A DNA stretch of 56,979 nt, filler included, from Dugesia japonica (GCA_001938525.1; 5 parts of 5 records of this genome joined end to end with filler, not necessarily neighbours in it), one strand, 5' to 3'. Shown: positions 1 to 13,838, counted from the first letter of the whole stretch. The notes: generated by a model from the letters alone, not told the origin. Made by a program: numbers and translations.

Positions 1-366
1 AGTTGTAAAAAAAATCTAAAAATTGTCGAAACTCTCAATTAAAATAAAATAACATCAAATGAAAGTATTTTTACTGATTTTTTGAAACCTAAATTATCAA
101 GCACATTTATCATATTTAATTAAGATATTTTGATAATTAGTGTCTAGTGAGTGTTACATACATGTTTACAATTAGAAATTAAATAAAAGCAATCAACACA
201 TTTTTATTCATTATCATTAATATTAAAAAATGACAAAGAAATATGTGTCCAAAATTATTTTTTTGGAAATTAAATGAAATATTTAAAATTATTGTCAAAA
301 TTATTCATGTAATCAATTTAATTAAACAAACGAAATATATTGCAATCAATATAATGTTATCTTCAG

Positions 367-451
367 TTGAATGACAATTCTAGTTCTTCAGTTACTTTAT
401 ATGATACAAAAAAGAAGCGTTCTGAATCAAAAGTACAAGAATCCAAAATGA
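367..451 (+). other. Possible isolated coding exon (LNDNSSSSVTLYDTKKKRSESKVQESKM), product unknown
   Basis: ttcag acceptor at 362-366, open frame, GTAAGT donor at 452; no recognisable domain. Confidence 0.3.
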
Positions 452-1399
452 GTAAGTACTTCAATTATTTAAGCTATTTTATAAATTAAATTATAGCAAA
501 TTATTAATAAATTATTAATAATACAATAATAACAAATTGATGAAAATATTAATTGCAATTTTATATGGCAGGAATTTAATTCATGAATTTAATCAAAAAC
601 CACATTCTACAATGGCTAAAAAATTTAACGTTTATTAGTTAAATTAGCAGTTAATGTAAAAATTATTTGAAAGAGGTACTTATTAAATTCATTATATTCC
701 AACACCTTTTCACATTTGTAATGGTTTCTAGATAAGTTTATTTTAATTTTTTGTAATTTGATTGAAGAGAATTTTCTATCAAGTAAAAATGTAATTTGAT
801 ATTCACCAACCTTTTGAAAGATAATTTTCTTACTACTTCATAATTATTTGAATCTAGAACAATTTGTACTTATTAAAAAAATATAATACAAAGATTTTAT
901 GACTGTTGAAATTTCTGTTATCAAATATTTTTTTCTCTATTTTGTCTATTCGCATCCTTTGATATGAATTATTGGTTGTTTTTCATTTATATTTATAATT
1001 ATTTCCGTATAATAATAAAGTAATAAAAATAATAATAATAATAATTTAAAATAAAAGCTTGTTTTTTTTTGATTTTTGATAAAAAATCGATATTTCGACT
1101 TAACTTCTTCAGGAATTGACTTTTAATGATAATAATAAATAATAGGAAATAATTATTATTTAATAATTTTGAGCCAATAAAAATTGAGTTAATTCTGGAT
1201 AAAGATTTTTAAGCTACTATTCAATTATCATTTCTCATTAAATTTAGAGTTGATATAGAAAAATAAATAATGTCTAAAAATATTAGTTCTGATTTGAATA
1301 ACCAATTACCAATTGAAGATTTATCTAACAATAACAATAATAATAATAATAATAATAAAATTAATAAAAAATCAATAATAATATTATTTAATTTTTAGC

Positions 1400-1907
1400 G
1401 TGGAGCGATAAATGGTAATATTAACATTGCCGGTAAGCGACTAATGTTGATGTTAATATTACCCAGGGATTATTAATATAAAATCTGTTCTGGGATTAAT
1501 AATAATAAGTCTTCCCGAAGATTAATATTATGCCTGCTCGGATGATAGTTGACATTGACCTAGAAATAGTTACCATGGAAATGACTTTGACTTACTTTTA
1601 TATAAATTTGACTCGACCTTGAAATATTCTACCAATCATAACTGAATATACTACATCAATCTGACCTTAAAAATTCGATTTTGAATTATTTCGTCCAATC
1701 CGAATCGAGTTCAGAATTTCGATCAGAATCAGAATCACTTTGACCTTGAAAATTCAACTTTGAAAATTTACACCAATCAGAATCGAGGTTACTAGATCAT
1801 TGTTCTTAGAAATTCTACCTTGAATTATTTCAGCCAATCGGAATGAAGTATACTAGACAACTGACCTTGACGGGGGATCTGATGCAGTGCGCTACTATCT
1901 ACCTACT
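1400..1907 (-). mobile_element. Putative element end: terminal motif (1887-1907) plus array of GACCTTGAAA / CCAATC(A/C/G)GAAT repeats
   Basis: Reverse complement AGTAGGTAGATAGTAGCGCAC then GATCCCCCG; repeated gaccttga and ccaatc units at about 1555-1870. Confidence 0.5.
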
Positions 1908-1970
1908 GTGTATGATTGCCACAAGGAAAGCAAATGAATTCAGGATTTTTATCTTTGAGTATAGCTTGGA

Positions 1971-2513
1971 CTATTTGATTTCACTCATTATTGATTTCAC
2001 ACATTGAACTAGCGTTGTCAAAGCGTCCAGCTACATAATTAATTCTTGATCCTCAAGAAGTTTCTTTATGTTGATCGTGATATGTTTACAAGCTGTTCCG
2101 TAAAACTCATCAAAGCAAATAAAAAAAGAAATACTTTCACATTTCTTATATCCAAGTATTTCAACAGTAACCATGCATTTATCTGTAATGTTGTAGACAT
2201 CATCATCAGCTTCGTTTGAATTAATTAAAAATCAAGCATCTTTTAATGTCATCAACTCATTGATTCTTTTAAATAAATCATTTAAAATAAACTTTTTATG
2301 TTAACTAATGTTAACATGTTATATGCACTCCTTCTCATCTTTTCTGGTTCCTAAAACAAAGTAATGAAACTAATACTAGCACATTAAATACCTGGAAAGC
2401 ATATGTTATTAGTTTCCTGAAAAATTCATCTCGTATTGAAAGTAATCATGAGGGTTTTCAAAATTGATGTTAACTGCTGAAACATTATCCTTTGTCAAAA
2501 TATTTGCTTGCAT
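1971..2513 (-). pseudogene. Two-exon orphan gene, family A copy 1 (frameshifted, internal stops)
   Basis: TATATAAA at 2547-2554, ATG 2513, GT..AG intron 2351-2391; peptides FRKLITYAFQ|EPEK, LNDLFKRINELMTLKDA, ITDKCMVTVEILG match the copy at 8277-8590. Confidence 0.6.
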
Positions 2514-3332
2514 TTTTAAATAATTAAAATGTAAATAAAGTTTAGGTTTATATATTGTTTTATAAGTATGTGCAATACTATGTATTATTATTTATGCACC
2601 TGATAATTTCTAAACTGTTACAAATAGACCGGAGTGAATGACTGAGGATAGATATATTACGAAAAGTATATATAAAATTGTNNNNNNNNNNNNNNNNNNN
2701 NNNNNNNNNNNNNNNNNNNNNNNNNNNNNNNTATATTTATTTTTTATCCATTAAAATATGAACAACATTTAATCAGAAATATTGACTAAAATAAAGATGT
2801 TCATGCTTAATGTTTTCATTATAAATATTTATGAATGTACATTTTATATGTCAATAGTATAATACCNNNNNNNNNNNNNNNNNNNNNNNNNNNNNNNNNN
2901 NNNNNNNNNNNNNNNNNNNNNNNNNNNNNNNNNNNNNNNNNNNNNNNNNNNNNNNNNNNNNNNNNNNNNNNNNNNNNNNNNNNNNNNNNNNNNNNNNNNN
3001 NNNNNNNNNGAATAATGAAATTCCTTCAAAACTACTTGAAGAAATTTGGAGTGAAATATTACTTGGAATTGTAAAATCGACTTTAAAAGGTATTTTCCTT
3101 ATTTTTCAATATTTTTTAATGTGAATATAGCAAAAAATTATTCTTATATATTATGTAAGATTGTTTTAATTTTGTGAATGTACGTTAATAGGAAGATGTA
3201 TTATAATGGAAGTTTTACCTTCTATAGTTTAATTCAGTTCAAGTTTTCTTCCGCTAATTAGAGACATGTGCTAATATAAAATAGTAATAATGTAATAATA
3301 TAAAATAATTACTAATTTTATATAAACTAAAC

Positions 3333-3969
3333 CAGTGTCTTGCAACTGTTGCGCTGTGGGAAAGTATTAGTGCGCCACGAAAACTTTTGGAGTTTTTGAA
3401 TTTTTGAATGATAAAAAATATAAATATTTATGGCTTAAAAATGTTCGAAGATTTGAAATAATTATCAAAATATTACNNNTAAGTTTTAGATAAGGAAATT
3501 TAATTAATTAAAAACGAAATTTGCGATGTTGTTTTATGAATAAATTTAACTACTGTTTTCTTCACTGTACTCTTAATTCAGCTTTATTGATAATTTTATT
3601 ATAAATGAATACAGAAATTTCCTAACTAATAATAGAAAAATCTCTGATTCAAAAAAGGTGTGATTAATAAAAGGGATCAGCCAAATTAAAACAAAAAAAC
3701 TGCTTGATAATAAAAAGGAAAAAGTGAAAGTATCAAGAAGATTACCTGAAATCTGGATTTTTTGCATCAGAAAACGATCACTCACTACCATTTTGTTTGA
3801 TATGCTTTAAAACTCTAAGCAACAAAACGATGACACATTAATCACACGCATAAGTCTTTGTTAATAAAGTTTCTTTCACTTTTACAAAATTATCAGTATC
3901 TTAATGGGTGCACCGCAAAACCATTTTTGGCTTAGTGCGCCGCGATCTAAAAAATATTGCCAGACACTG
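3333..3969. mobile_element. Non-autonomous hAT-type (Charlie/Buster-like) MITE
   Basis: TIRs CAGTGTCTTGCAA / TTGCCAGACACTG (12/13); 8-bp TSD AACTAAAC / AACTAAAA. Confidence 0.8.
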
Positions 3970-4134
3970 AACTAAAACAATGATCAGTATTTAATCACAG
4001 AAATTATTTTTTATTTGGAAATTGCATGAATTTAAATTGTATGTGTAGTCAATATCGAATGGCATAATTGAAATCTTAAGAATCCAAGTAATTTGAAAAG
4101 TATGTATTTGAATAAAATAGATGATATAAACAAA

Positions 4135-6606
4135 AAATAATTAAAATATTTAATATATTTGAGTGTAATACTCCCTATCACACTCCCTATCAGATGAGGG
4201 TCATTTAATATAAAGGCTGGACGAATTTTGTCTATGGAAATTCACTCTACTTGTCCACGTTGCATTACTTCAATAACTTTGCCATCTTCATTTCTCCAAG
4301 TTACTAGATATGGACCTTCATTGATTGGCTGTAGTGGTCTTCTTAATTCGCGTTTGATCCTTACAAATGTTTCATTTATTTATTCCTTGTGGAATGAATA
4401 TTTTCGTGAGTTTGTGTGATCTGAGACAGGTGTTTCGAAATTCTGTTGGAACCATTAGTTATAACTCTGAATCTTCCCCTGCCACGTTACGGATTCCTAA
4501 CATTGTTAATGGACGTTTTTCTAACCAACTGCGTTCCTTGAGTCTGTACAACATTTTTTTATAGACCTGTGTAATCTATCTATTTTTCTATTGCACTGTA
4601 GGTGGTATGGTATTGTTTGCCTATGTTCAATTCCAAAGTAATTACATAAATCGATAAATTTTTCATATATTAATTGTCTACCATTTTTGCTTACTATTAT
4701 CTCTGGTACTATGAAGCGAGATATTAATTTTTTACTTAAGGGTTTTAGTACGGTGTCTGATGTAATTTTATTCAGAGCCACTACCTCTGCCCATGAAGTA
4801 TCACGATCAATCATTGTTAATATAAACCTTTTGTATTTAAAGATTGGCAAAGGACCGGTGAATAAATATCTAAAGTACTTTGAATTTCACTAGATTCGGA
4901 TTCGATTCTAACAGTGCTTTTGTCTGCCTAGTAATTTTATTAGCTTGACATATCTGACAAAATCTGCACCATTTACGAATTTGGGATTTCATACCTGGTC
5001 AAAGATAACGACTTGTCAGTAATATAATTGTTGCATTTGATCCTTGATGACACATACTTTGTAGTCTTTCAAATTTATTAAAGTTAAAACACTCCAGTAA
5101 AAAATTATTGTGTTAGCCTTCGAAGTGTTAATCAGAACACCTTCCTTAGATATTTTCAGTTTCAGAGAGTGATTTTGTATATAATTTTGAGACATTAGTC
5201 GTCTTTCTAGATTTTGACTAAGTCTGAGAGTGCATATTGTTTAATTTCTTTTAATATTTCATCGTCTGTGTCTTTTCTAGACAGAAAGTCAGCTACTATA
5301 TTGTCAGAATCTTTTATATACTGAATTTACATATCAAACTTACTCAGATATTCTGCCCATCTCCACTGTCTCACAACATTATTTTTCATCTGTATGATAT
5401 GAAGTAATGGCTTATGATCTGTTCGGACAATAAATTTGCTGCCAAGTAAGTAGTGATTGAAATGCTTTATTAAGATAACTAAAGCCAGAAGCTCTCTATC
5501 AAATTTTGAATATATTTGTTCTGCAGTGTTTTGACTTACTTGAGAAAAATGAAATAGGACATAAACGACCGTCATTGTTTTCGTGGTTTAAACTGCCACC
5601 GATTGTCGTACCATCGGTTCGAAAAACAAATGTTTTCAGGTAGTTTGGCGTCGCCATGTCTACAATTTCGGTATGTTTCTTTAAAGAAATTCTAAATGCT
5701 TTTTCATGGCTTGATTACCATTAAATAGCTCGATTTATTTTTGAGCCTATGATGAGATCATGTAATGGAGACATTGTTTCGGATAAGTGAGGAATCATCC
5801 ATTGATAAAAGGCCATTGTTCCAATAAATCTACTTAATACTTTAAATGTTTTTGGAATAGACATATTGCTGATGGCTTCAATCTTGGATTGTATTCGCTT
5901 GATTACAAGAAATTCTACCTCGGATTTGTTGAACTATCATTTTTTTGTATTAATCTGCAGCTTCTTCTTACGTAAAACTTCTTTTATTAGCTCTAGGTAA
6001 TTCTGATGGTCGCCTGAGCTTTTTGAATGAACTAAAATGCCATCAATATATACTCAGTAAATGCGCGACAGTCTTGCAAACATTTGCCCATGTGTTGTTG
6101 GAATGTTTGTGAAGCATTTTTCAGTCCAAATACCAAACTTCCGTATACAAATAATCCAAATAGAATTATAATAGCCGTTTTATGCCGGTCCTCCTCATTG
6201 ATTTGGATTTGATGATACACTTTCTTAAGATCTAAAGTTGAAAATAATGAACAACCTGTACTTCTGTCCAAAATGTCGCTCATTCTGGCTAATGGGTATC
6301 AACCTGGTTTCGTAATTGCATTATGCATGCAATAGTCTCCACGTGAACGAAAAGTTTCATCTTTCTTTTTGACAAATACAAGTGATGAAGCCCATTCGCT
6401 GTTACTTGGTTAAATAATATGCTGAGTGATCATGTCATCGAACTCTTTTTTTATTTGACTGAGAACGATTCTTCCTAATTTGCGAACTCTTTGCTTCATT
6501 AGTGCTCCGAAAGTTTCAATTCTTAGGCAAGTTTGATTTTCTGTGCTCATAATAAAATTAATAAAAATATTTAATATATTTAATTAATTATTTTCTGAGT
6601 GTAATA
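4135..6606 (-). mobile_element. Degenerate Ty3/Gypsy pol remnant (RT-RNaseH-integrase) bounded by short direct repeats
   Basis: FSTLDLKKVYHQI..KTAI..FGLKNASQTFQ (RT); YSKFDRELLAL..RTDHKPL (RNaseH); IDRDTSWAE..PYHLQCNRKIDRLHRSIK (IN); repeat ...aaaatatttaatatattt..gagtgtaatact at about 4143-4172 and 6564-6608. Confidence 0.9.
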
Positions 6607-7439
6607 CTACAATATGAAATAGTGTAATGTTTACTATAATTTTTTATTAACATAAATCACCACTGAGATTTATGAATAATTATAATATTATTAGATAGGA
6701 GCAATGTTAATTAAAAATTTTAGAATTAAAAAAAATATTTTCATACAAATAATATCCGTGAAATAATTTCTTTAAGAAACTTGGAATCCATTAGGATTTT
6801 CAAATCCCAAAGGTTATGTAAGAGATTTTACAAATATCTGTATCAGACTATTTTTCGTGTTTGCAGTGCTATTTAAACAGTGTTGTTCAAGTTCTTGGAT
6901 CATGCGAAGATTTTAAAAGGGACATTTATAACTGTAAATGGATTTCTACTGAGAAAACAGATGATTCAATATTTGTTGAAGGCTAGTTATAATTTTNNNN
7001 NNNNNNNNNNNNNNNNNNNNNNNNNNNNNNNNNNNNNNNNNNNNNNNNNNNNNNNNNNNNNNNNNNNNNNNNNNNNNNNNNNNNNNNNNNNNNNNNNNNN
7101 NNNNNNNNNNNNNNNNNNNNNNNNNNNNNNNNNNNNNAGGTAAAGGTTATCATAATACTTTTTTGATAATTTTTATTAGTCATACAATATCAGTAACAAA
7201 ATTTTGATAAAACACAATTTTTTATATTTTCATTACTATATTTCCCATTAATTGGCAATGCATTTTTAGTGCAATAAAAATAAATTTCACAAACACTTAC
7301 AAACATTATATTATCACTAGATTGATGCGTCAGCACTGGATCATCTCCNCTGCCGACAAAATAATCTAGCAATTTGAGTAATCCAGAAATATAGGATTTT
7401 GATTGTTCGTTAGGTATACGTAAAAATCTTTTTCGAATT

Positions 7440-7830
7440 CGGATTGGAATGGTCAAATTTTTTCACGGGAAGGTCAAAAAATTGAATTTTTGATTCCAAA
7501 TATTTTGGTCAGATTTTATCATACGATTTCAAATTTAGTATTGTTGAACTCAGAATTAAAAACTGACCATTTTTTGTATATACTTTGTGTATATACATAT
7601 TTTTAGTTTCCAAGATAAAAGTATCTCAGCACTAAATCAGTTGACCTTGATCTATGAGTTGTTCGGTCAAAAATTATTGTATGGTCATGAAAATGATAGA
7701 ATTCAATTCAGAATAAAATTTTAAACATTTTGCATATGTTTTGCTGTAGATATATGCTTAGTTCAAAAGATAGAAAATTCCCGTTTACCATGTTCCACCT
7801 TGGATAGAAAATTATTTTTCTGGAAATAGT
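7440..7830 (+). repeat. Dispersed non-coding repeat family (probable non-autonomous DNA transposon), copy 1
   Basis: gtattgttgaactcagaattaaa, atatgcttagttcaaa-gat and ccatgt..ggata shared with 25780-26380 (+) and, inverted, 47150-47460. Confidence 0.65.
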
Positions 7831-8276
7831 CACACTAAAAATAAATGCATTTAACTATTGAAATAATAATTAGTAAAATACTACATGTTATTTCTTTGAC
7901 AAATTGTTTTATCACGTGTCGTTAATTTTTCACGTAAAATATAAGCCAAGTCAACTTCTTTCTCTACTTTGACTGGTACCATGGAAACTGAATAGTTAAT
8001 ATACCTATACTCCACCATATTATCTATAATTTTATCAATATTCATTGTCAATAAGTTAAACTATTTAATTTTCGTTTATATTATTTAAAATCAAAATAAA
8101 TTAATCATACACACATACATAGAAATAAAAAAAATTCATGATATCATAGGGTCAAAGGTCATACAAAAGAAAATTAATCACAGATATTATATAATCTAAA
8201 GCATTGCAAATTTTGTACACACACATAAATAGTTACTATATAAATCAAAACAATTTACAATATTTCATTAATAAAA

Positions 8277-8590
8277 ATGCAAGAACCGAAAAATAGTGCA
8301 ACAACCATTGGTTTCGAATTGAAGAAGACCTACTTCAACAAACCAATCACTTATTCGTTTCAAGTAAGGTTTACTATTATCATTACAATTATTAACTTTT
8401 CATTTAGGAACAAGTAAATGTACTCAAATCGAAGTATAGCTTGCAGTTAACAAACATTAGTAAGGCTGATCAAACGGCTATTAATGATATTCTATCAAAA
8501 TTTGACAATACCATGTCATTAAAAGATAGTGCTTTCATTGATTTAAAGAAAATAATAATCAACAAATGTATAATCATAGTGGATATTTGA
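8277..8590 (+). CDS. Two-exon orphan gene, family A copy 2 (89 aa when spliced; probably prematurely terminated)
   Basis: TATATAAA 8237-8244, ATG 8277, exon 1 8277-8363, 44-nt GTAAGG..TAG intron, exon 2 8408-8590 in frame: MQEPKNSATTIGFELKKTYFNKPITYSFQ|EQVNVLKSKYSLQLTNI...MSLKDSAF...INKCIIIVDI*. Confidence 0.6.
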
Positions 8591-9829
8591 TAGGTCCATC
8601 CATTAATTTGACAACCCATTTTATATTATTCGGATGTGTTTGATTTATAAAAATAATTTCACCATATTTTTAAATGATTTATAATTTATCATTGACTTTA
8701 TTTAAGTTTTTAATTATAGGTTTATTTAATTTGATCAAAGCTATAAGGGAAAATAATAAAAAAAATCTTAATAAATCTTTGAAGATAGTTCAGAAAAATA
8801 TCACAGAATGTTCTTTTGGGTAATTTTATTATTTTAAAAGTGAAACTAATAAATACAATTTTATTAAAAAAAGGTAAAGAAATTATTTAAAATTATTCAT
8901 TTGTTTAAAATATTATCTCATTTCATCCAGTGTGTAAAAGGCTTTACAACGTTTTGTTATAAATTAAAATTGTATGTCTTCTGTAAATTTTAAATTGATT
9001 TATCACAGTTATGATGCATACCCAGAAATTTAATTGATAATATTCTCGTACTTAATGTCTCATTATAAAGCCCAATAAATAACTAATCAGTAACTATAAT
9101 ATCAATATAATTTAAATTATTCCATTTTGGCTGGTCTGTGTGATCGGCTTTTTATTCCAGATTCATAATTGAAATTAGACACTTCAATTTCCATTGACCA
9201 TTGAGAGAAAGCACTAAGATTTAATTTTACAAATCTGCGATTTTCAACAACTTAAGTAATGAAAACGATTTTTTCATATTGTTTGTGAAGTAATTTTGAT
9301 TTCCCAATAAAAATTGGTGTTCTTCCATTTTAATGAATGATTTTTTGTTAAATAATTATTTATTTTGTTTTTTAATAATTAATATTCAATTTCATGTCCT
9401 TAATTTTTGGCTTTTTATATTAATTGATAATTTCTTTAATATAATTAGTTAATATATTTAGCAGCAGAAAAACAAAATAAAAATGTAATTTAAAAAATAA
9501 GGATAAGAAGTGGGAAAAAATAATTTTATATCTACTTAACCATAAAAAGCAACTCAGAAATTAATTAATTAAGAAAAAATCAAATTATATAAATTATAGA
9601 TAATAAATTTTTAAGCAAAAAACACTAAATCATTGAAAAGTGAATGTTCCAGTAAGGAAATTACAAATAAAGATATTCTAAATAGAAAAACTCACAGAAT
9701 CCGAAAATCTAAGTTAGAAAGTTCCAAAGGTAACCAGTAGGAAAGTTTAAAGGGTTTTTAAGAATGAACCAAAGAAAATAGAACACGTAATATCGTTAGA
9801 AAACTAATTAAGGAATCAGACCAAGAAAA

Positions 9830-10310
9830 AAGATTTGCGGTGCTGATCAAGAAAAATGAAGCGATCAACAACATTTAAATATGGAAAATATGTTTTACTT
9901 AAAAGAGATTCAGACAAACTATATAAATTTTACAATAATCATTCTTAGACTTGGAAAACGAATTAAGCATAAAATATATTTTCTAAAAACAAAATGGCAT
10001 TGTAACAAATATATGTAGCTTTTGAGGAATCAGTTATGTAAGTATGTCTGAGCACTAAAATCATACACACATTCAAACAGTCAATCAGGCTTTCACCTAT
10101 TATCACAAACATATTAATTTACTTGTATAAAGGTCAATATGAAAATATTATGTTATTCTTAGTCATATCTCAAAATCATCATCATCAACAGAACTATTTT
10201 TTCAAACTAAGAAAAGGTAAATTCAAAATAATAGTAGCGATTATATGTCTCTGAGAAATTGATAAAACCAAATGCTAATGAATGAGGATTATGCACCACA
10301 AATGTGAGTT
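9830..10310 (+). pseudogene. Degenerate SF2 (RecQ-like) helicase C-terminal fragment
   Basis: AFTYYH followed by FKLRKGKFKIIVAIICL*EIDK-PN resembles RecQ YHA...VIVATxAFGMGIDKPNVR; many stops and frameshifts. Confidence 0.35.
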
Positions 10311-10551
10311 TTTTAATTTGAAAATACTTTCTAATATTGAATCTGTGTTTATATTCGGTTAGTGCTAAATAATGTCGTTTTTTAATTATAAAAATAAAAA
10401 CGCAGTAACTCGGCTAAAAAATAATTTTATTAATCATAATAAAAACGAACAGATTCAAAACATTTCTGTCAACCATGTATAAAATATTCCTCTTACCACC
10501 GNNNNNNNNNNNNNNNNNNNNNNNNNNNNNNNNNNNNNNNNNNNNNNNNNN

Positions 10552-10618
<67 letters not shown>

Positions 10619-10620
10619 AA
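10552..10620. repeat. (ATT)n microsatellite next to a gap
   Basis: More than 20 ATT units. Confidence 0.95.
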
Positions 10621-11762
10621 TCAAAAGCAATTCTTATCAACCATAGTAGCAAAAAAATATTTCACTCAACTGATCCTTATTTAGTGAATTTATATTGTCC
10701 TTTTTTTTGATATAGTATTTTTCTTCGTCTCGTGAGTATATTGTTTTTGTGGAAATTATTAGGAATAAAAAATCCAAATTGCGACTTTAAAATTTGTAAC
10801 GTTCCACGAAGCGGTGTTAACAGAAATTTCTAGTTTTACCATTAACAATTAGATCTTTTGGAAAAGTTATCAATTTTAACAAATTGAAGATTGAACAAAT
10901 CTTAATCCAATAATTATAAGTAATTAAAGAATATTTCAAAATATTACTTTTCAAATTTGTGTTACTATGAACTTAATTAAACAGAGAACGACATATCCAA
11001 AATTTCTATCAAATTAATAGAGATTCTCCTAATTTTTATTTTTATTTGGACTATATTTATATTAATAGATTTGAAACATCAATCATCAATATTGAAATCC
11101 TTTAAATCAGCCATGTCCACCCTGCGGTCCAGTTTACTTTTTATGGCTCATTACAATTTGGATTTATTTNATGTAAAAAGATTTTTTTTTTTAAATTTTC
11201 AATTAATCTTACGCAAAAAAGCGTTAAATTTTTGATAAAGTGCTTTAGTATATTATGAATTTTTAAAGCTGAAACCAAAAATAACTTGTTATTTTACCTG
11301 GTTTATGCTGAAGTACCAAATTTGAGCAGCGGCTCCAGCATGCCAATGAGCTGCACATTGTTACTTTAAATGAAATGAATATTTCACTAGAATAAAATAA
11401 ATGTAACAAATTCATTTAAATGTTTTAAGGAAACAAAAAAGATAAACCAAGAGCATTTATAATACGAGTTATCATATTAGTTAGCACATTAGAGATCGAG
11501 CCAGTAACCATTACCGAACCATAAAAAGAATATTTGAAGTTATGGAGTAAAAATATATGAATTTCCAAGGGAATCAAATAAATATTCTTCCAATTTTCTT
11601 CAGGGTACGAAATCGCATTTAAATTTTAAAAAGAAAATATACAATCAATGATTTTAGTCAATTATGAGTATAAAACTAATACCAAAACGAGCGAATTTAA
11701 AATCAAATTCATATTTAAATAAAAACATAAATAATATAAGTATAAATATTTCGATTTGAATT

Positions 11763-11862
11763 NNNNNNNNNNNNNNNNNNNNNNNNNNNNNNNNNNNNNN
11801 NNNNNNTTAATTAATTAANNNNNNNNNNNNNNNNNNNNNNNNNNNNNNNNNNNNNNNNNNNN
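11763..11862. other. Artificial 100-bp contig linker
   Basis: 44 N + TTAATTAATTAA (six-frame stop) + 44 N. Confidence 0.95.
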
Positions 11863-13838
11863 CGTAGACATTTGAAGAATTAAAATGCATAAAGTAACAT
11901 AATATTGAATAACACGACACTGTCCAGAAATAAGATTGATCGAACTTCTCAGATGAGAAATATTTGGTTAAATATTTGGCTTCATTTCTATTGGTTCTCT
12001 ATAATATCCTTAAACCAATGATAACAGCTGTTGCTAAGTTAATTTTGGTTGTAGCCAAAATGAGTCATCTTAATGAATGAGTGGGTGTTAGTATTTTTAA
12101 TATTGACGTAATACATAATAGATCGGTCAAGTTGTTACTATTATTAAACAGAAATTCAAATTATTTATGTCATGTGACATTTTACTAAAATTAATCACTA
12201 GTTTATATTTATTGTTTTGAATTTAATTTAGTTGATAATCCATTGGATTACAAATATAACAANNNNNNNNNNNNNNNNNNNNNNNNNNNNNNNNNNNNNN
12301 NNNNNNNNNNNNNNNNNNNNNNNNNNNNNNNNNNNNNNNNNTAAATTGTTTTTATTTATGTCAATGTGTTTTTATGATAAATTGAGAAAGTTAATTTATT
12401 TTATTACTTAGTGTAAAAATCTATTTTCTATTTAATTAAGAACTGCAATCAATTATTTTATGTGTATTATAAAATATGATTTTGAAAACTGTTTTATAAT
12501 ATTCACACGTGCAAAAAATAGCTATCGAATTTCAGAAGTGTTGAGTTGTGCAATTATGTGACAAAGATATATTAATCTTTTAATAATTTTGTGGATTCAT
12601 TAAACAATAATTTTGTATATTTAATAATTGAGAAAATTTTCATGGAATATAAATTTTATTGTTATTATTTTCGATCAGCATTTTTCCCATAATAAATTGA
12701 ATTTTAAAACAATTTAATGGAATTTCATGTAATGGTAAAATCTTTTGATTTAATAACTATTCGTTCTGCATATCATTTGGCATAGTTCGATAAATGAAAT
12801 CTCCATTTTTACGCCATAGTATTTTTTAGTGTGATGCTTCAAATTCCAAGATAAATTTTTGCTCTCAATGAATATCGTGTCATTTAACTTAATAAAAATT
12901 TCTTAACATCATGTCTTACATTCAATTATATCTGTCCGAATTTTTTTAATGTTTTAAAATATATCAAAACATTATTTGAAATATTACATAATCAATTTTA
13001 GATATCTGACTCTGGTGGTTATTTCTTAATCTGGATTTCTGTTTTCGCTTGGTATATTCCAAAATGTTGCGATTGATTAAAACAATATTTATAATTGTTC
13101 ACTAACAGTTATTTATTTTCGTAGAGTGAAATGAGAATTTTTCTCGTGCTTAGAAATCAAAATTAGTCTTTTCCATGATAAATAGTCAATAAATCGATTT
13201 TTTCCTACACTGGCCATTTACCTTATTTTATTCTTAGAAAGAAAAGGCNNNNNNNNNNNNNNNNNNNNNNNNNNNNNNNNNNNNNNNNNNNNNNNNNNNN
13301 NNNNNNNNNNNNNNNNNNNNNNNNNNNNNNNNNNNNNNNNNNNNNNNNNNNNNNNNNNNNNNNNNNNNNNNNNNNNNNNNNNNNNNNNNNNNNNNNNNNN
13401 NNNNNNNNNNNNNNNNNNNNAAAATTCAACTTCGATACGTTTATCTACCTATTTAACTTATTTTATCAGTTCTTCGCCTATTTCCTTATACTAGCTGGTC
13501 AACAATAACCATTTCAACAAATAATATAAAAGGTTAATCAAATATTTTTACTAAAAGAATACAAGCTGTATGGATATTTTAAAATTATAAATAATTATTA
13601 AAATCGTATATTAGACAACTAATATTTGACGGTGAGTTCAAATATATAGTATGTTGCATAATAAATCAATGTTTGGTAGCTGATTGAAGTATGTTGATTG
13701 CTCAAATCATAATTACATGTATTTTTATTCTTCCTTTTCTATATTTTCTATTATAAATATTATGGTTCTTCAACAGTCTTCTAACACAAGTATTTATATA
13801 TNNNTGTGTGTATTGCGTTAAACTACTACAACGTGAAA

